Shown here piece by piece: positions 11,029 through 25,309 of a DNA stretch of 64,000 nucleotides. The notes below the pieces were generated by a model that saw only the letters and a program-made list of their open reading frames with translations, was not told the origin of the DNA and ran no database searches. Origin of the DNA: the human T2T-CHM13v2.0 reference genome, Homo sapiens. The translations under genes and the position numbers were made by a program. Numbering within the stretch: the first letter of the stretch is position 1; the number at the start of each line of letters is the position of its first letter. The stretch lies in the NCBI RefSeq assembly GCF_009914755.1, contig NC_060933.1. The stretch is one strand, 5' to 3'.

Positions 11029-11629
11029 CTGGGAACAAGGGGGGAGAAGAAGAGTTAGCAGTGGTCACTCTAGTGGACAGGCAAGTCAGCCTCCTTGGGC
11101 TGGTGGAGGCAGAGTATCACCTTGCTGAGTGACTGGGGCAAGAGAAGTGCCAGGAGTATCACAAAGGTTGGACACACTGGGCTAACATCCTAACATCCAG
11201 ACCCCTTTGGGTGCCCAGGGAGCCTAGTAATGGTGCCAACTCATCATCATTCTACTACTCAGGGAATACTTAACTCTGTTCTAGGTGGTTAAATGCATTA
11301 CCTCGTTGAATTCTCACACTATTTCTGTGTACTACTTTTTACCCTCATTTTATAGATAAGGAAGCTGAAACTGACAGGTAGTCCAAAAAACTTCTGTCCT
11401 GTTTTCTTCACCCCCTCAACCCCCGGTAGATTTTCTAAGTAATATTCTATAAAATATTGCACTTCAGAATGGTTTAATAGGTTAATAAAAGTACTAGGGG
11501 AAAAAGAAGCAGGGGTAAAGAGGCAAATACATTTGAGAAACTCAGGGTTAAAAGAGCTTTACAGATTTCTTGATTGAAGGACTTCTCAGAGCATTCAGTG
11601 TGCTAATATAATTTATAAATACCTAAGGC

Positions 11630-11820
11630 TGTGTTTCTTCTGGCAAACAGTACCTCTGAGTGACCTGGGGAGCCGTTCGAAAACACTGATTATCTCCAGG
11701 CTCTACCCCATTCCAATTAAACCAGAATTCTCCAGGTGCAACTCAAACATTGATTTTTTTTTTTTTTTTAAGTTTTCCAGGTGATTGGAAGTGCCGCCAA
11801 GGCTGAGGACCCAGTTCTAT
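11630..11820. mobile_element. MER5-like hAT-Charlie DNA transposon relic
   Basis: Diverged similarity to MER5 segments (...CCAGGTGATT...AAGGCTGAGGACCCAG). Confidence 0.5.
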
Positions 11821-12364
11821 GGAGGAGAGTGGCATGTAATTGTTGACTTCCTTTTATTTCACAGAGTGCCTGCTTAATATCTCATGTGGTAAACTCTAGC
11901 TTAGAAAATACTGAGACAAACTGTCAAAATATCCCTAAAATTCCAATAGTTTAGGCCCAGCTCACATTTGCTAGACTGCTTTGTGGCCCAAGAAATAGAA
12001 AAAAAAATTCCCTTGTCAGATTGAAATAATTTTCCTTTAAAATCGTATTGCTTTCTCCAGAATTTTTATGTTGAATTAAAAAACTGTATTGCTGAATTTT
12101 ACAGGAAGAATCCCGGTCTATAGGTCACATTTCTGAGCTGCCCCTCAGTATCTGCTGGACAGCCAGAACAAGAATCTTTACCACATGAAGCAAGGCAACA
12201 ACCAAAAAAGCCAGGATTTTATATTGAAATAGACCTATTTAAATGTCAGAAAGCTCAGAAGGGGTCAAGACCACATAGAAACATACATACATACACACAC
12301 ACCCCAATACATAAAATTCCTCTGCAAATACAGGATTTTAAACTTTATTTTTCCTATTCTTATT

Positions 12365-12490
12365 TTAAATTTTTTAGAGATGAGGTCTCACTATGTTGCC
12401 CAGGCTGGTCTTAACTCCTAGCCTCAACTGATCCTCTCGCCCCAGCCTCCTGAGTAGCTGGGATTACAGGCAGGAGCCACTGTGCCCAGC
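12365..12490 (-). mobile_element. Alu monomer (FLAM-type)
   Basis: Reverse-strand single Alu arm with T tail. Confidence 0.85.
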
Positions 12491-12955
12491 TAAAGATATC
12501 ACTTTAAATAAATGATCCCTCAAAGCTCATGGGAAATTCTGTGAAATTAAGATAATTTTAAAAATTGAGATATAATTCATGTATCATAAAATTCACTCTT
12601 TTAAAGTACACAATTCAAGAAATTAAGTTAATTTGAGATACTCTGAGTCTCTGTTTCCTCATCCATAAAATGGCTATAATATTGCCAACCACCAGCGGAG
12701 ACTGGTATGAGATTAAATGATATAAGGCCACAAAGTACCCTGCATATCATAAGAGCTCAGGAAATTAACTTCTCTTCTCTATGGAGAATGCAAGCTTCTC
12801 ATTATAACAGACCTTTTTTGAGGGCAAGGGTGAGAACTCTTTCATGCAGTTGGTGATGGGCTGGAAAGAGCACCCTGAAAACACTGCTTGCCTCATTCCC
12901 TTCACAAGCTAAGAGAAGCAAGGAAGGGTTGGGAGCCCAAGACCCAGAATGTTAC

Positions 12956-13108
12956 CTGCAATATATCGAATCTCAGGTAAGCACATCATGAGATCAGGAA
13001 AGCGGTTCGGCTGATGTGTGTATTTATATTCAGTAAAATCCTGGCAAATGTACCAGTATCGTTTATTCAATTGTTCCAGCTGTGAGGCACTGGTCAGACC
13101 CCTGATAT
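12956..13108 (-). CDS. NR6A1: NR6A1 exon 9 (153 nt): LBD
   Basis: (D)IRGLTSASQLEQLNKRYWYICQDFTEYKYTHQPNRFPDLMMCLPEIRYIA(G). Acceptor (TG)6T12CCACAG|, donor |GTAAC. Confidence 0.97.
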
Positions 13109-13516
13109 CTGTGGAAAAAAAAAAAACACACACACACATACAGGGAATGGGATGGGCATTCTAATGTGGAAGAAACACCAGCTCCTTAAATATGTTCATT
13201 TTTCAACTAAGTTACTAAACATTGTCACAACAGGAGATCTCCTCTGATAGGGAGGAACTAAGTTCTACCTAAGGGAAGAGAAATGAAGAGAGAGAGGAAA
13301 AAAATACAGAGGACAGTAAGCAGACAGAGCCCCTCGAGGGTTAAGGCTTCTCTCAACTTCATACCAAACTCCCAAAACAACCAGAGAATACCAGTAAACA
13401 CTAAACAAATGACTGAATAACCTACCTTTCCAAATTAATCCTTCACAATATCTTTAAATTTGCCCTTCGCTGGAACCAATCAGAAACCTTGCCAATACCT
13501 ACACATTCATGCTTGT

Positions 13517-13519
<3 letters not shown>

Positions 13520-13562
<43 letters not shown>
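13520..13562. repeat. (CA)~21 microsatellite
   Basis: Perfect CA run. Confidence 0.95.
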
Positions 13563-13563
<1 letters not shown>

Positions 13564-13614
13564 CACCCTCCTATGCGCTTCTGTTCTTAATCTTCTTCCT
13601 GGGCTGTCCCTCCA

Positions 13615-13894
13615 TTTTTTTTAGATAGGGTCTCACTCTGTCACCTAGGCTGGAGTGCAGTGGTGTGATCAACAGCTCACTGCAGCTGGCTCAATAGATT
13701 CTCCCACCTCAGCCTCCTGAGAAGCTAGGACTACAGGGTGTGTGCCACCATGCTCAACTAATTTTTTAAATTTTCTGTAGAGATGGGGTCTCACTACGTT
13801 GCTTGGGTTGGTCTCAAACTCCTGGGCTCAAGTGATCCTCCTGCCTTGGCCTCTCCAAGAGTTGGGATTACAGGCATGAGCCACTGTGCCTGGC
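13615..13894 (-). mobile_element. AluJ-type SINE
   Basis: Diverged dimeric Alu; TSD CCCTCCATTTTT. Confidence 0.9.
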
Positions 13895-13915
13895 CCCTCC
13901 ATTTTTTCTAAATAG

Positions 13916-13916
<1 letters not shown>

Positions 13917-13950
<34 letters not shown>

Positions 13951-13963
13951 CACACACACACAC
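13917..13963. repeat. Compound (TC)n(TA)n(CA)n microsatellite
   Basis: Seen directly. Confidence 0.9.
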
Positions 13964-14511
13964 CTTTTTTATATATAGAATATGAACATAAATATTCTAT
14001 ATATAAATCTTACCGGCCCTTTGAGGCTCAGCTCAGATTTCTCCTTCTTCAAGAAGTTGCTACTGTTCTCCCCCAATCTGAGGCACAAGTAATACGTCAA
14101 GTGCCATCAGAATGTATACTTCTTGAGACCAGAGACCTGAGTCTAAGTTTTCTCAATGTCTTTAATGCTCAGCACAGGGCTTGGCCAAAGGGAAGCATGC
14201 AGAACACCAGATAAATGCATGAATGGTGTAAAAGCAGGAAGAGGTTTGGCCAATGTAGGGGTGAGTAGGCCAAGAGGAGAGGAGCTCTGGACTGGAAATG
14301 GGACACAGGACGAGGGCACTTGCAATGCCACAGGCAGCAGAACAGCCCAGTGCCACTATAGGAGCAGAGTACACATTAGCTATTTTGGAAAAAAGAGAAT
14401 ACAACCCTCCTCCCTATACTGGTTTTACCAGCAGCTGCCAAGTGCCCCTTTGCAGGTAAGATACCACATAAATCACATCTGGCATTCTTTTAATTAAAAG
14501 CCATGCTTGAT

Positions 14512-14522
14512 TGTGTGTATGT

Positions 14523-14556
<34 letters not shown>
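14512..14556. repeat. (TG)n microsatellite
   Basis: Seen directly. Confidence 0.9.
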
Positions 14557-14559
<3 letters not shown>

Positions 14560-15017
14560 TGCACCCCTGCTCTGCCCTGAAGGGGCTGTCAGAACCACTG
14601 CCAGCCTGTCACAGAGGCCTTATCTCCAACAGTTTCATCAGTCACTCTGCTCTTCTTCAGTCACTGGTAAACTTGGTACATATTTAAAATGACGCATGTA
14701 CTGTCCTTGGTGTCTGTGTGCAAATGCATTAAAACTGACTAAACAAAGCGAATCCTCTTCCTTCCTCTATGAGTTATAGAGATTGTGGCATTTCAGTTTG
14801 AAGAAAAAAAAAAATCCAAAGCATTCTCGCATTCCCTGTACTATAAGGGTCAGGGTGATGACAAGGGGGTGCACAAGTCTTCCTGGATTGAAACCCAGAT
14901 GGTGTGATGGATTCTGTGTGATAGTCCTGAGGGTAAGGAGGGGTGAAACAGGAGGGCAAATGCTCACTGCCTGCCTCCCGCACTGCAAACGTCCCTTTTC
15001 CCACCCCAGCCACTCAC

Positions 15018-15139
15018 CTTGATTTAGGAAGTTAATTGCTTTCATGCAAGCATACTCCTCGTTGCTGACCTTTAGCTGATGGAACTTGTGATAGAGGTAG
15101 ATGAGCCGCTCGATCACCTCCATCCCTTCATCACTAAAT
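15018..15139 (-). CDS. NR6A1: NR6A1 exon 8 (122 nt): LBD
   Basis: FSDEGMEVIERLIYLYHKFHQLKVSNEEYACMKAINFLNQ. Acceptor CTCAG|, donor |GTGAGT. Confidence 0.97.
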
Positions 15140-16539
15140 CTGAGGAACAGACACAGGTGTTAACAGTTGGCTGTGACACCAGTAGGGGCCAGGAAAGGGC
15201 AGCCAGAGAGCTCCTACAGCTCCTTAAACAGGCTGAGCTTGGGGGAAATGGGATCCAAAGCCACTTGGGAAGTACAGGCAGATCCATGCTTTGTCTACAG
15301 GCCAACGTAGCTCATGCAAGCTGCTTTTTCCAAGGTCAGGTAGAGTCAACCTAGGTTCAAATCCAGCTCCATCACACACAAGCTATGAGATCTTGGCAAG
15401 GTCATCTGACCCCTCTATGCTTTGAGGTCCTCCTCTGCAAAATGATAATGCTTGCATTCTTGGGCTAACAAGGGCCCAAGAAGGTCTGGGATATAAATGT
15501 GGAGAAGTACAACATTATTAAGATACAGCTATTGTAGAGATTCAGCCTCTGGTATCAATGGCAGCTGCCATGGTGACTCTATGTGAGCCTCTGCCACACT
15601 GCAAAAAAAGCTGCTGATTGTATTTGCTTGTGTTAACTGTTTCCAGCAGAGCTGAGGTTATGCATAGTGAAAATTTTTATTGGCATCCCTGACTTTGGCA
15701 GGAGGGAGGAAAACGTTAACTGAGTTTCCATACCACGCCATCCTCTGTGCTGGGCACTTTGTGAGCATTATCACATTTAATTCTCTCAACCCTATGAGCT
15801 AGGTGAGATAATCATCAGCACTGTACAAATGAGCAACTGAAGTTCAAAGAAGGGAGGGTCTGGTCCACAAATACAGTTAATTGGTGACAGAGTAGGAATT
15901 TGGAACCTGAACCCAAAGCCTTGGTTTTTCCAGTATCTAAGGTGGTGTACCCTAGCAGAAGTGGCTCAAAGCCCCCATGCTCTTTTCTTTGGGTCTAGGA
16001 GTGAGCTCTCTGAGGAAAGACCAAGTTTTAGGCAACGGAGCCCCAGGCTAGGCCACCCCAGGGGATTAATGTTTTGGGTATACTTCATACCAGAGATGGA
16101 GATACCATAAAACCAAGGAGGCAAACACTTAATCAGGAAGCAGGAGTTTATAAAAGACGAGGTCAAGTCTGGCCTGAGTCATTCTAGGAGTGGCCTGGCT
16201 AGTGGGCAGTGGGTCCCAGAATAGGCCTTAGATACAGCTCAGTCACAAAGAGAAGCAGCTTAGCTTCAGGCATGCTTCCTGGTGAGATCTTCAGATCTGC
16301 GCACTACAGGCCTGTGCCAAGCCAAGAAGGCCCTATCTGGGTAGGGTCCAGAACACCTGGGGATGAACTATTGCTTTCTGGAATCTACTGCTTTCTGTGT
16401 TAACTTTGAAGGCTTTGCAGGCTTAGGCTTCCTGGACAAGCAGGACACTTTCTCTTGCTTGGGGAAAGCCTGGCTCTGGTTGGGGCCAGAGGCTCCTGCC
16501 CTTTTTAAGTACCAAGGGGAGCCTCAGCAGCAGGTAGAA

Positions 16540-17247
16540 CTAGTTCTCTGTATCCATGGGTTCTATATCTCTGGGTTCCACCAACTCCATCAAAAATATT
16601 TTTTTTACAAAACAATACAACAATAAAAAAAGACAAATTTTTAAAACACAATATAATGGCTGGGTGTGGTGGCTCACACCTGTAGTCCTAGCACCTTGGG
16701 AGGCTGAGGTAGGCAGACTGCTTGAGCCCAGGAGTTCACGACCAGCCTGGGCAACATAGCAAAACTCCATCTTTACAAAAAATACAAAAATCAGCTGGGC
16801 ATGGTAGTGCGTGCCTGTGGACCCAGCTACTCGGGAGGCTGAGGTGGGAGGATCACCTGAGCGTGGGAGGTTGAGGCTGCAGTGAGCTGTGACTGTTATC
16901 ACTGCACTGGCCTGGGCAATAGAGTGAGACCCTGTCTCAGAAAAAAAAAATAAAACAAAAAACCAAAAACCAAACCAACCAACCAACCAACCAAAAAACC
17001 TAAAAAAGAAAAAAAACAACCTCCCCCAACAAAAAACCAGTGTAATAACTATTTACATGGCATTTACATCACTTATATCGCATCCAGTATTATAAGGATT
17101 CTAGAGCTGATTTAAAATATATAGGAAGATATGCGTAGATTATACACAAATACTACACCATTTTATATGAAGGACTTGAACATCTGTAGATTTTGGCATC
17201 CATGGGGGTCCTGGAAGCAATCCTCCACGGATACTGGAGATGACTGC
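16540..17247 (-). mobile_element. MER2 (TcMar-Tigger) element split by an AluJ
   Basis: End GGGGGTCCTGGAAGCAATCCTCCACGGATACTGGAGATGACTG and internal CCATTTTATATGAAGGACTTGAACATC match the reverse complement of MER2 as I recall it. Confidence 0.75.
16658..17020 (+). mobile_element. AluJ-type SINE with (AACC)n-containing tail
   Basis: Dimeric Alu nested in MER2. Confidence 0.9.
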
Positions 17248-19869
17248 ACATGCAATCTGGAACGTTGACCTTCGGCCTTGGCATGGCTCCTAGTATGAGC
17301 TGGGGATTCTTTTAGCTGATTTGAGCTACTATGGCTGACTCAGTTTCTCTCTACCTGGCCCAATGGCTTTTACAACTTTACTGATACATTCCCAGCCTGG
17401 CCGATACATTCATATTGAATAACCACAATAACCACCAATCTATAATACCGTTTCTACCACTCTACCATTTGTTGAGTGTCTGCTACCTGCGAGGCACATT
17501 AAGTATTCTACATTTAATCTTATTGATATTCCCAATAAATTCACAGAATGGATACAAATCATAACCCCCTTTGTTTACATGTGGAAATGAAGGCTCAGGG
17601 AGTTATTTACTGAGTCTCTATTATGTATTAGGCCTTTTCATATGCATTCTTACACTTTACCTTCCTGATAACCTGGAAGGATACATAGTAAGTATCACTT
17701 CCATGTTAGGGATGAGGAAGCAGAAAAAGAGATGGCTACCCCAAGGTTGCACGGGAAGTAAATGGTAGTGGTGGTGAGGCCAATGTTCAAACCTAGGTTT
17801 TCTAATTCCAAGCATATGGACTTTTCTCAGCACTACACTGCCTACCCTTGATCCTGTCTTGTTCTTAGCTGCTACCTGGAAAAGGCTAACCACATACTAC
17901 CACAGGGGACCTCAGGAGTTGTGTCCCCACAGCAACTCAGAGCAGGGCCCAACCTTGGGAGGATGTCAGGTCTGCTACAGTGCACAGAACTGCCACTGCA
18001 AGTGCCTCCAGGATGCTAAGACTTGCAGGAGGCGGTGTGCCTGGGAGTGAAGACCACTCCTCATCATAGCACTGTGTTGGATATTTATGTTCTTGGGAGT
18101 GGGAAAAAAAGTTCTTTACTGCCAATTTCTTTCAGTATCTGACTGGAGGGGTGGGGATGAAATGGGGTAGGGCACAAAAAAGGAGGACACAACGGGAGAG
18201 GCAGTGTCAGCATCTGTCTGGTGGCCTAGTATGTAGCAAGCAAAGATAATGCTCTGTCCTTTAATCAGCAACCCCTTGCCCCAAGTGTTCACTCTGGCAC
18301 TCCAGACCCTGCAGGTGTGTGGCTATCAGCCAGACCCCTAGCCAGGAGTGCCAAACCTGTTCCTGGCTGACTCTTGACCTGAGGGACACAAAGGAGTTCC
18401 CAAGTGCCTGGCCTGTCCATACACCCTAGATCTGCCCTTTCTCTTGCGGACAGCACATCCTTCTTTTCCAAAATTCCTCCAACAGGCAGCCACCGTGGAC
18501 CCCCAGCAGTGATGGGGGCTGGCAGCCAGCCTAGCAGCCCCCACTCAGTCTCCACAGCCTGACTGCAAAGCTTTCCTCCACACCCCGCATCCCACCCCTT
18601 GATAAACAAAGTTGTTCTCTGTTCCACGGGCCTGCCTTTGCCTGCAGCCGTGCCTCCTCCACATCTGCCCACTCCAGTTTTAATGCCCCTGTATTCACTG
18701 TCTACAAATTATCAGCATTCAAAGCCAGAAAGTTGGACAAACACACCCATTCTTCTTCTAGGTTCCCATTACACAAGCATGCTGGGACAAGGAAAACATT
18801 CCTGCCAGGATCCCCCAAACCACTGGACCATTCAGTCAGCAATTGAAACTGACACTATGTAAGTTATGTCCCATTAAGGGGGCTGAGAAACTCAGTTGTC
18901 TCTTTTTCATTGATCTAAATGCACCTACCCCCAGGAGTGGCCATCAGCCACAACCTTAGAGAAACTGCCATCTCAGCACCCATGTAAAGACTCCAAGACG
19001 AAAACTAAGACTAGTTTCAGGACAAATTCCAGAAAGTCAAACCTTTTGAAAATGCTCTGGGAAAATAAGAATTTAGTATAAGGCAATGTTAAAGAGGCTG
19101 GGCATTGGAGCACAACAGATACAGGTGATAAACTTAGCTCCATCTCTATCTTTGTAGCCTTTAATTTTCACCTCTCAACCTCATGCTCCTCATCTCTAGA
19201 ACAGGGATAATATTAGTGCCAGTCACACAAGGTAGCAGTAAGAATTCAACAAATAATGTATGTAAGGCACTTAAGATAGAATTTGGCATAATTGTTAGCT
19301 GTTATCATTACAAATAGCATCATCATCTCTCTCCCATTATTGTAGCAAAAATAAAAGCCTGTTTCCTGAGCCTTATAGTTAGGCAGGGAAGCTGGGAGGC
19401 AACTTTCCAGAGATCTAGCAGAAATGGAGCTGGTGCTCATGAGATAGAGGTACCCATTAAAGCCCATCTAGCTCAAGGCATCTTCTCCTGAGAGGAGTCT
19501 TGATTAGGGCCAGGAGCAGTCACTGGCTGGTGCTACAATCTGCTTTAAATCAAATTCACCCGGTTCACTGTCTGATAACGGTGTGATTAAGGAATATGGG
19601 CACCATAAATTTGATTCAATATTTGAGAAGAGAAAAGGAGGTGATCATGTATCATCTGGGAAAAGCCTTTCCATGACAGCAGGAACTCACTTGCACTCAA
19701 GAGTTGTGAAGAAGTAAAGGCCATCTGGGGGAGTGGGAGCAAGGCAGTAGCAGGCAAGGTAGGAGAGTGCTATGGCCAATTACAGACTCCACAGCCTGGG
19801 TTTCTAGCAGAGCGGTTACTGCTTTCCAGTGGTTAACCTGACTCTAGAGGTTCTTCCACTTCCTATGAC

Positions 19870-20820
19870 CTCCTAGGCAGTCCTACATGCACCTCAGACT
19901 CCACAGACACCTAAACCAAACTCAGAGTTACTCATCTCCCATCCTGATCTTCCCTGCTCCTTCATCCTGGCTAAGAAAATTGGTGCCCACCTGCCTGGCT
20001 AGTCCAAAAAATCAGCAGTCATCACCAACATTTTCCACTCGCTGAAGTCCCACTGACTTTATCTCCTTGACATCTCTTGGCTTTGTGCTCCACTCTCTGT
20101 CTCCACAGTCACTGCTGCTTTGTCCAGGCCTTGTTCCCTTTTACGTGGGCTATGGAACAGCCTCCTTCCTACCCAGCCACCATGCTCCGGTCTTGTCCAC
20201 GCCAATCCATCCTGAACTTTACTGCCATAGAGATCTTTCTAAAATGCAACCTGACTCTGTAATTCCTCCACTTAAAAACTTCCCAAGACTTAATACTAGT
20301 TACACAACAAACCCCAAATTATTTAGATTGACATTTGAGCACCTTCATGACCTGTCTTGCCTGTATCTTTCTCTCTAGTCAATTCTCCCCTCATTTCTCT
20401 GTCTTAGATACATTCTCTTTATACCCTAAATCCACAAAATTGCTTTTGATTCCCTGCACATAGCAACCATCCAGGATCTCTAACTTCTAGGACTTTGTGT
20501 TATCTCCTGCCTTCCTTCCTTCCTGTTCTCTACAACGTTCCTAGAAATTCCCACTTCAAGGTGCAGCTCAAATGTCTGTTCCTCTGGTAAGTCTTCCCTG
20601 ACCCTGTGAACAGACGTACTCACTCCTTGGTCTATGCTTGTACAGTTCTCTTCGGATGCCCCGCCATCTCCACCAACACAACCCTGCACTGTAAGCTGTA
20701 TCTGCTTCTTTTTGCCTCCCAGTCCACTAAATCAAGGATAGGGACTCTGAGTCAGAAACCATGTCTGCATCACCTGTGATCCCAGCTTCCTCCCCACAAA
20801 ACACATGATACTCAGTAAAT
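19870..20820 (+). mobile_element. L2 LINE 3' fragment
   Basis: Pyrimidine-rich diverged L2-like motifs (GATCTTTCTAAAATGCAACCTGA..., ...CTCAGTAAAT). Confidence 0.6.
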
Positions 20821-20959
20821 GGCCATGGAATCAGAACTAACATGTTGAAGTTTAACTGTTATTTTTGCATCGATGGATTCCACAGTAGAGTCCTAACAAC
20901 AAATCCATTCCTATTCTCAGAAGCCACTTGACAGCTCAGCAGCAACACATGTTCTAAAG

Positions 20960-21150
20960 ACAGCAACGCTCAATAAAACTTTATGTGATGATAAAAATGA
21001 TCTTTATTTGTACTAGTAGCCACTCGCCACGTGGCTACTGAGCACTTGAAATGTGGCTGGTGCAAATGAGAACTAAATTTCTAATTTTAATAAATTTACA
21101 TTTTAAAAGCCAAATGAGGCTAGTGGCTACTGTAGTGGACGGTACAGCTT
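20960..21150. mobile_element. MER3 (hAT-Charlie)
   Basis: GTAGCCACTCGCCACGTGGCTACTGAGCACTTGAAATGTGGCT and GGCTAGTGGCTAC hallmark segments. Confidence 0.75.
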
Positions 21151-21894
21151 TAGATCCTCCTTGATGAGAAAAATTCCTACCAAGGAAGGAAAAGTTTCCT
21201 CACTACTTCTGCTGTTACTGACTTCTGCCTTGGTCTTGGGGCTTAAGGGACTGGCTACAGTGAGATGGGATGCATTATGAAGCTCAAAGCCAGAGAACCC
21301 TGTACTGCCAGTGACCCCTGCCTGCCTGCAGAGGGCCTGGGCAAACCCATTACTTGGAAGTGGAGTCCAAAGGCTGATCCTGTAGTCCCAGGCCGAACTG
21401 GTAGATTCCAGGCACCCAGAGAGGCTGGGATCCTTGGGCCAGCTCTGCAAACCCTGACAGCATCAGAGCAGGCTGACTGCTATCCAAACACCCCTATGGA
21501 GCAGAGTTATGGAGCAGGAGACAGGAATTTGATGGAAACAATGAATTAGAGTCTCTGGACAAGGGGTTAGGTCAACTGCAAAATCAGATAGCTCTATTTA
21601 CCAGACAGAGTGTCAGCTGGGTTCAAAACTCTGTCATTTACAGATCACCCTGAAGCCAGTAAGCATCATTAATAAGGAAATATTAGAAAACAAGTAGAGA
21701 GAGTCAGCAAGCTGACTCCTCCCTCCCCTAGCTGTGCAAAGGGCCCTTGCAGGTCTTGGAGCACTGTGCTCTTCCTGAGTCTTGGCTTGTCTTTATGCCA
21801 CAACTGGGTGGGAGGGGGAGATGGATCCCAGTTCTGTGAAGAAAGTGTAAGGGCTGCTACTTTCCCCTCTCCAACTTTCATGGATAGGGGCACC

Positions 21895-22187
21895 TTTTTT
21901 TTTTTTGAGACGGAGTCTCGCTCTGTCGCCCAGGCTGGAATGCAGTGGTGCAAACTTGGCTCACTGCAAGCTCCACCTCCCTGGGTTCACGCCATTCTCC
22001 TGTCTCAGCCTCCCAAGCAGCTGGGACTACAGGCGCCCGCCACCATGCCCGGCTAATTTTTGTATTTTTAGTAGAGACGGGGTTTCACCATGTTAGCCAG
22101 GATGGTCTCAATCTCCTGACCTCGTGATCTGCCTGCCTCAGCCTCTCAAAGTGATGGGATTACAGGGGTGAGCCACCGCACCCGGCC
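21895..22187 (-). mobile_element. AluY/Sc-type SINE
   Basis: Full Alu; TSD AGGGGCACCTTTT. Confidence 0.95.
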
Positions 22188-22308
22188 AGGGGCACCTTTT
22201 CTTTTCTCCTTCTTGGTGCCCTGGAATCCCATGACTTCCAGTATTTTGAATTGGCCAATAAAGGTCATTTATTGAAATGTCTATTTAAATACAAACTAAG
22301 CATTATAA

Positions 22309-22630
<322 letters not shown>

Positions 22631-23087
22631 TAACAAGGCAGAAAGTCATCTCAGCAGATCATCTGTCTTGATTTTAGGGGTCAGAAAATATGGTCACCCT
22701 GTGCTCCAGGTCTGCAGAGTAAATGAGTAAAAAGTGTGCTTGGACAGGCCCCAGAACAGCAGGGAGACAACCCACTCTGGACAGGGAGGTTTTAAGGATA
22801 CTGGACAGCTGGGATAAAATTTTATGCCAGAAAATGACAAAGAGAATAGCTCAGTCTTTTAGTCCTATCCTTTCAACATCTCACCACATCTCAGACGGAG
22901 TCAAAGAACCTAAGCTTTTCAGGCAGGCAGGCATATGCTCAAATCTAAGGCTCTGGATTCAAATCCCAAACCCTTATGGGAAAGTCTCTCTGAATTTCAG
23001 TTTTCTCATCTATAAAATAGGCACAACACCACCTATAAGGCTGGAGGCTGCGAGAAAGAAAGAAGACAATTAAAAATATCTAGTCTA

Positions 23088-23379
<292 letters not shown>

Positions 23380-23506
23380 CTAATGCCTGGCACACTATAG
23401 GCACCAAAATGACCCCTAGGTCTCTTTCTTGGATTGTAAACTCCAGTTCAGAGCCTCTCTTGCCTTGTAGGCAGAATTTATATTTTTATTTTTCCTGGAT
23501 GCGTTA

Positions 23507-23848
<342 letters not shown>

Positions 23849-24116
23849 TTAGCATTCTGCTAAGCTTGAATGCATAAAATGTATTCCTAACAACCATCTT
23901 ACTGGGGAAATTGTGTTATCACCCCATTTTACCAGTTCAGAACCTGAGGATCAGAGACTTGGCCAAGGTCACAAATCTAGTCAGTGGCAGAGTGAGGATT
24001 CAAATCCAGGCCTATGAGGTGTAGTGCCTATCCTCTGAAGGGCCAGGCAACTCTGCCTTACAGGGATGACAATTGTTTGGTTGTTTGGTATTTCCTCCCC
24101 AGCCAGGAGGCCTCAC

Positions 24117-24371
24117 CTGTGTAGTTCTTCATCGGAGGGCGAGTACTTGGCAGTGACATCAGCCAGTTCCCCAAAGATCTGCTTGCTGTAAACGGTGAGG
24201 GAAGACAGCAGGATTAGCTCCTGCCACGTAGAGCTCAAGAGGCACGTGTAATCCTTGATTGAGAGCTCGCAGAAGAAAGGCAGTTTCTTGATCCAGGCAA
24301 TCTGCCTAAAGAGCAGCTCGTCGGCCAGGCGGCAAAGCAGGGCAAATAGTTCTGCCTGTGTCACAGCGTAT
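24117..24371 (-). CDS. NR6A1: NR6A1 exon 7 (255 nt): LBD including the nuclear receptor signature region
   Basis: YAVTQAELFALLCRLADELLFRQIAWIKKLPFFCELSIKDYTCLLSSTWQELILLSSLTVYSKQIFGELADVTAKYSPSDEELH(R). Acceptor CTCAG|, donor |GTGAGG. Confidence 0.97.
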
Positions 24372-24631
24372 CTGAGGGGCAGGGACAGGGGAAAGTCACT
24401 TCCATTGGTCAGAGGGTGAGGATAAGGGTACAGAGAGAAGGTAGTCCCAAGGGCACAAAGGGACCCTGGCAATGGGCTCCTTGCTCCATGCCCACGGGTC
24501 TCCAGTTCCATTCAGTGTGATTTTCTGATAAAGGGGGAAGGCTGAGGCCAGCAGCAAGTTCAGGGCTGGAGAGGCGGGTCTGGTGAGGAAAGGCTGCTAA
24601 GGGGAAAGGAGACTTAGAAATGTGTGCAATT

Positions 24632-24918
24632 GGCTGGGTGCAATGGCTCATGACTGTAATCCCAGCACTTGGAGGCCACTTGAGTTCAGGAGTTCGAGAC
24701 CAGCCTGGCCAACATGGTGAAACCCCATCTCTACTAAAAATACAAAAATTAGCCGGGCGTGGTAGCACATGCCTGTAATCCCAGCTACTCGGGAGGCTGA
24801 GGCAGAGGCAGAAGAATCACTTGAACCTGAGAGGCGGAGATTGCAGTGAGCTGAGATTGCGCTAATGCACTTCAGCCTGGGTGACAGAGCAAGACTCTGT
24901 CTAAAAAAAAAAAAAAAA
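24632..24918 (+). mobile_element. AluS SINE with small internal deletion
   Basis: TSD AGAAATGTGT(G/C)CAATT. Confidence 0.93.
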
Positions 24919-25309
24919 GAAATGTGTCCAATTGTCAGGGAATATGACTTTTATTGTTGGTGTTCTCTAATGTTCCATGTCTTAGAGAAAATCCAAGTCA
25001 CTCCTGTTCAAGTTCTGGCAATGGAACTCTAATGGGGTGGATCTGATGCCCACCTAACAAAGGAACTGGCACAAAAATAAGCCTCGCGTCCAGACCACTG
25101 AAGGAAAGAGAACAAGTTCAGAAGATTTTTCTGCTCTCACTCCACCCCCTGGTGGTGAGTTCAGGAACCAGCATTGCTCAGCCTTTCCTTTAAGCTAAAA
25201 CTGGAATAAAAGCCGGCTTTGAGACCACAGACTCACAGACCCAAGAGTTTCAGCTTTCTTCCTCTCAAGGCCCCTTGCCAAGACTTTTCCTCACACTCCC
25301 ACATCTAAA

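Noticed and set aside
10818-11132. Plus-strand ORFs antisense to NR6A1 exons (also 15079, 28367, 42528)
   Set aside because: Antisense shadows of real coding exons, with no independent support.
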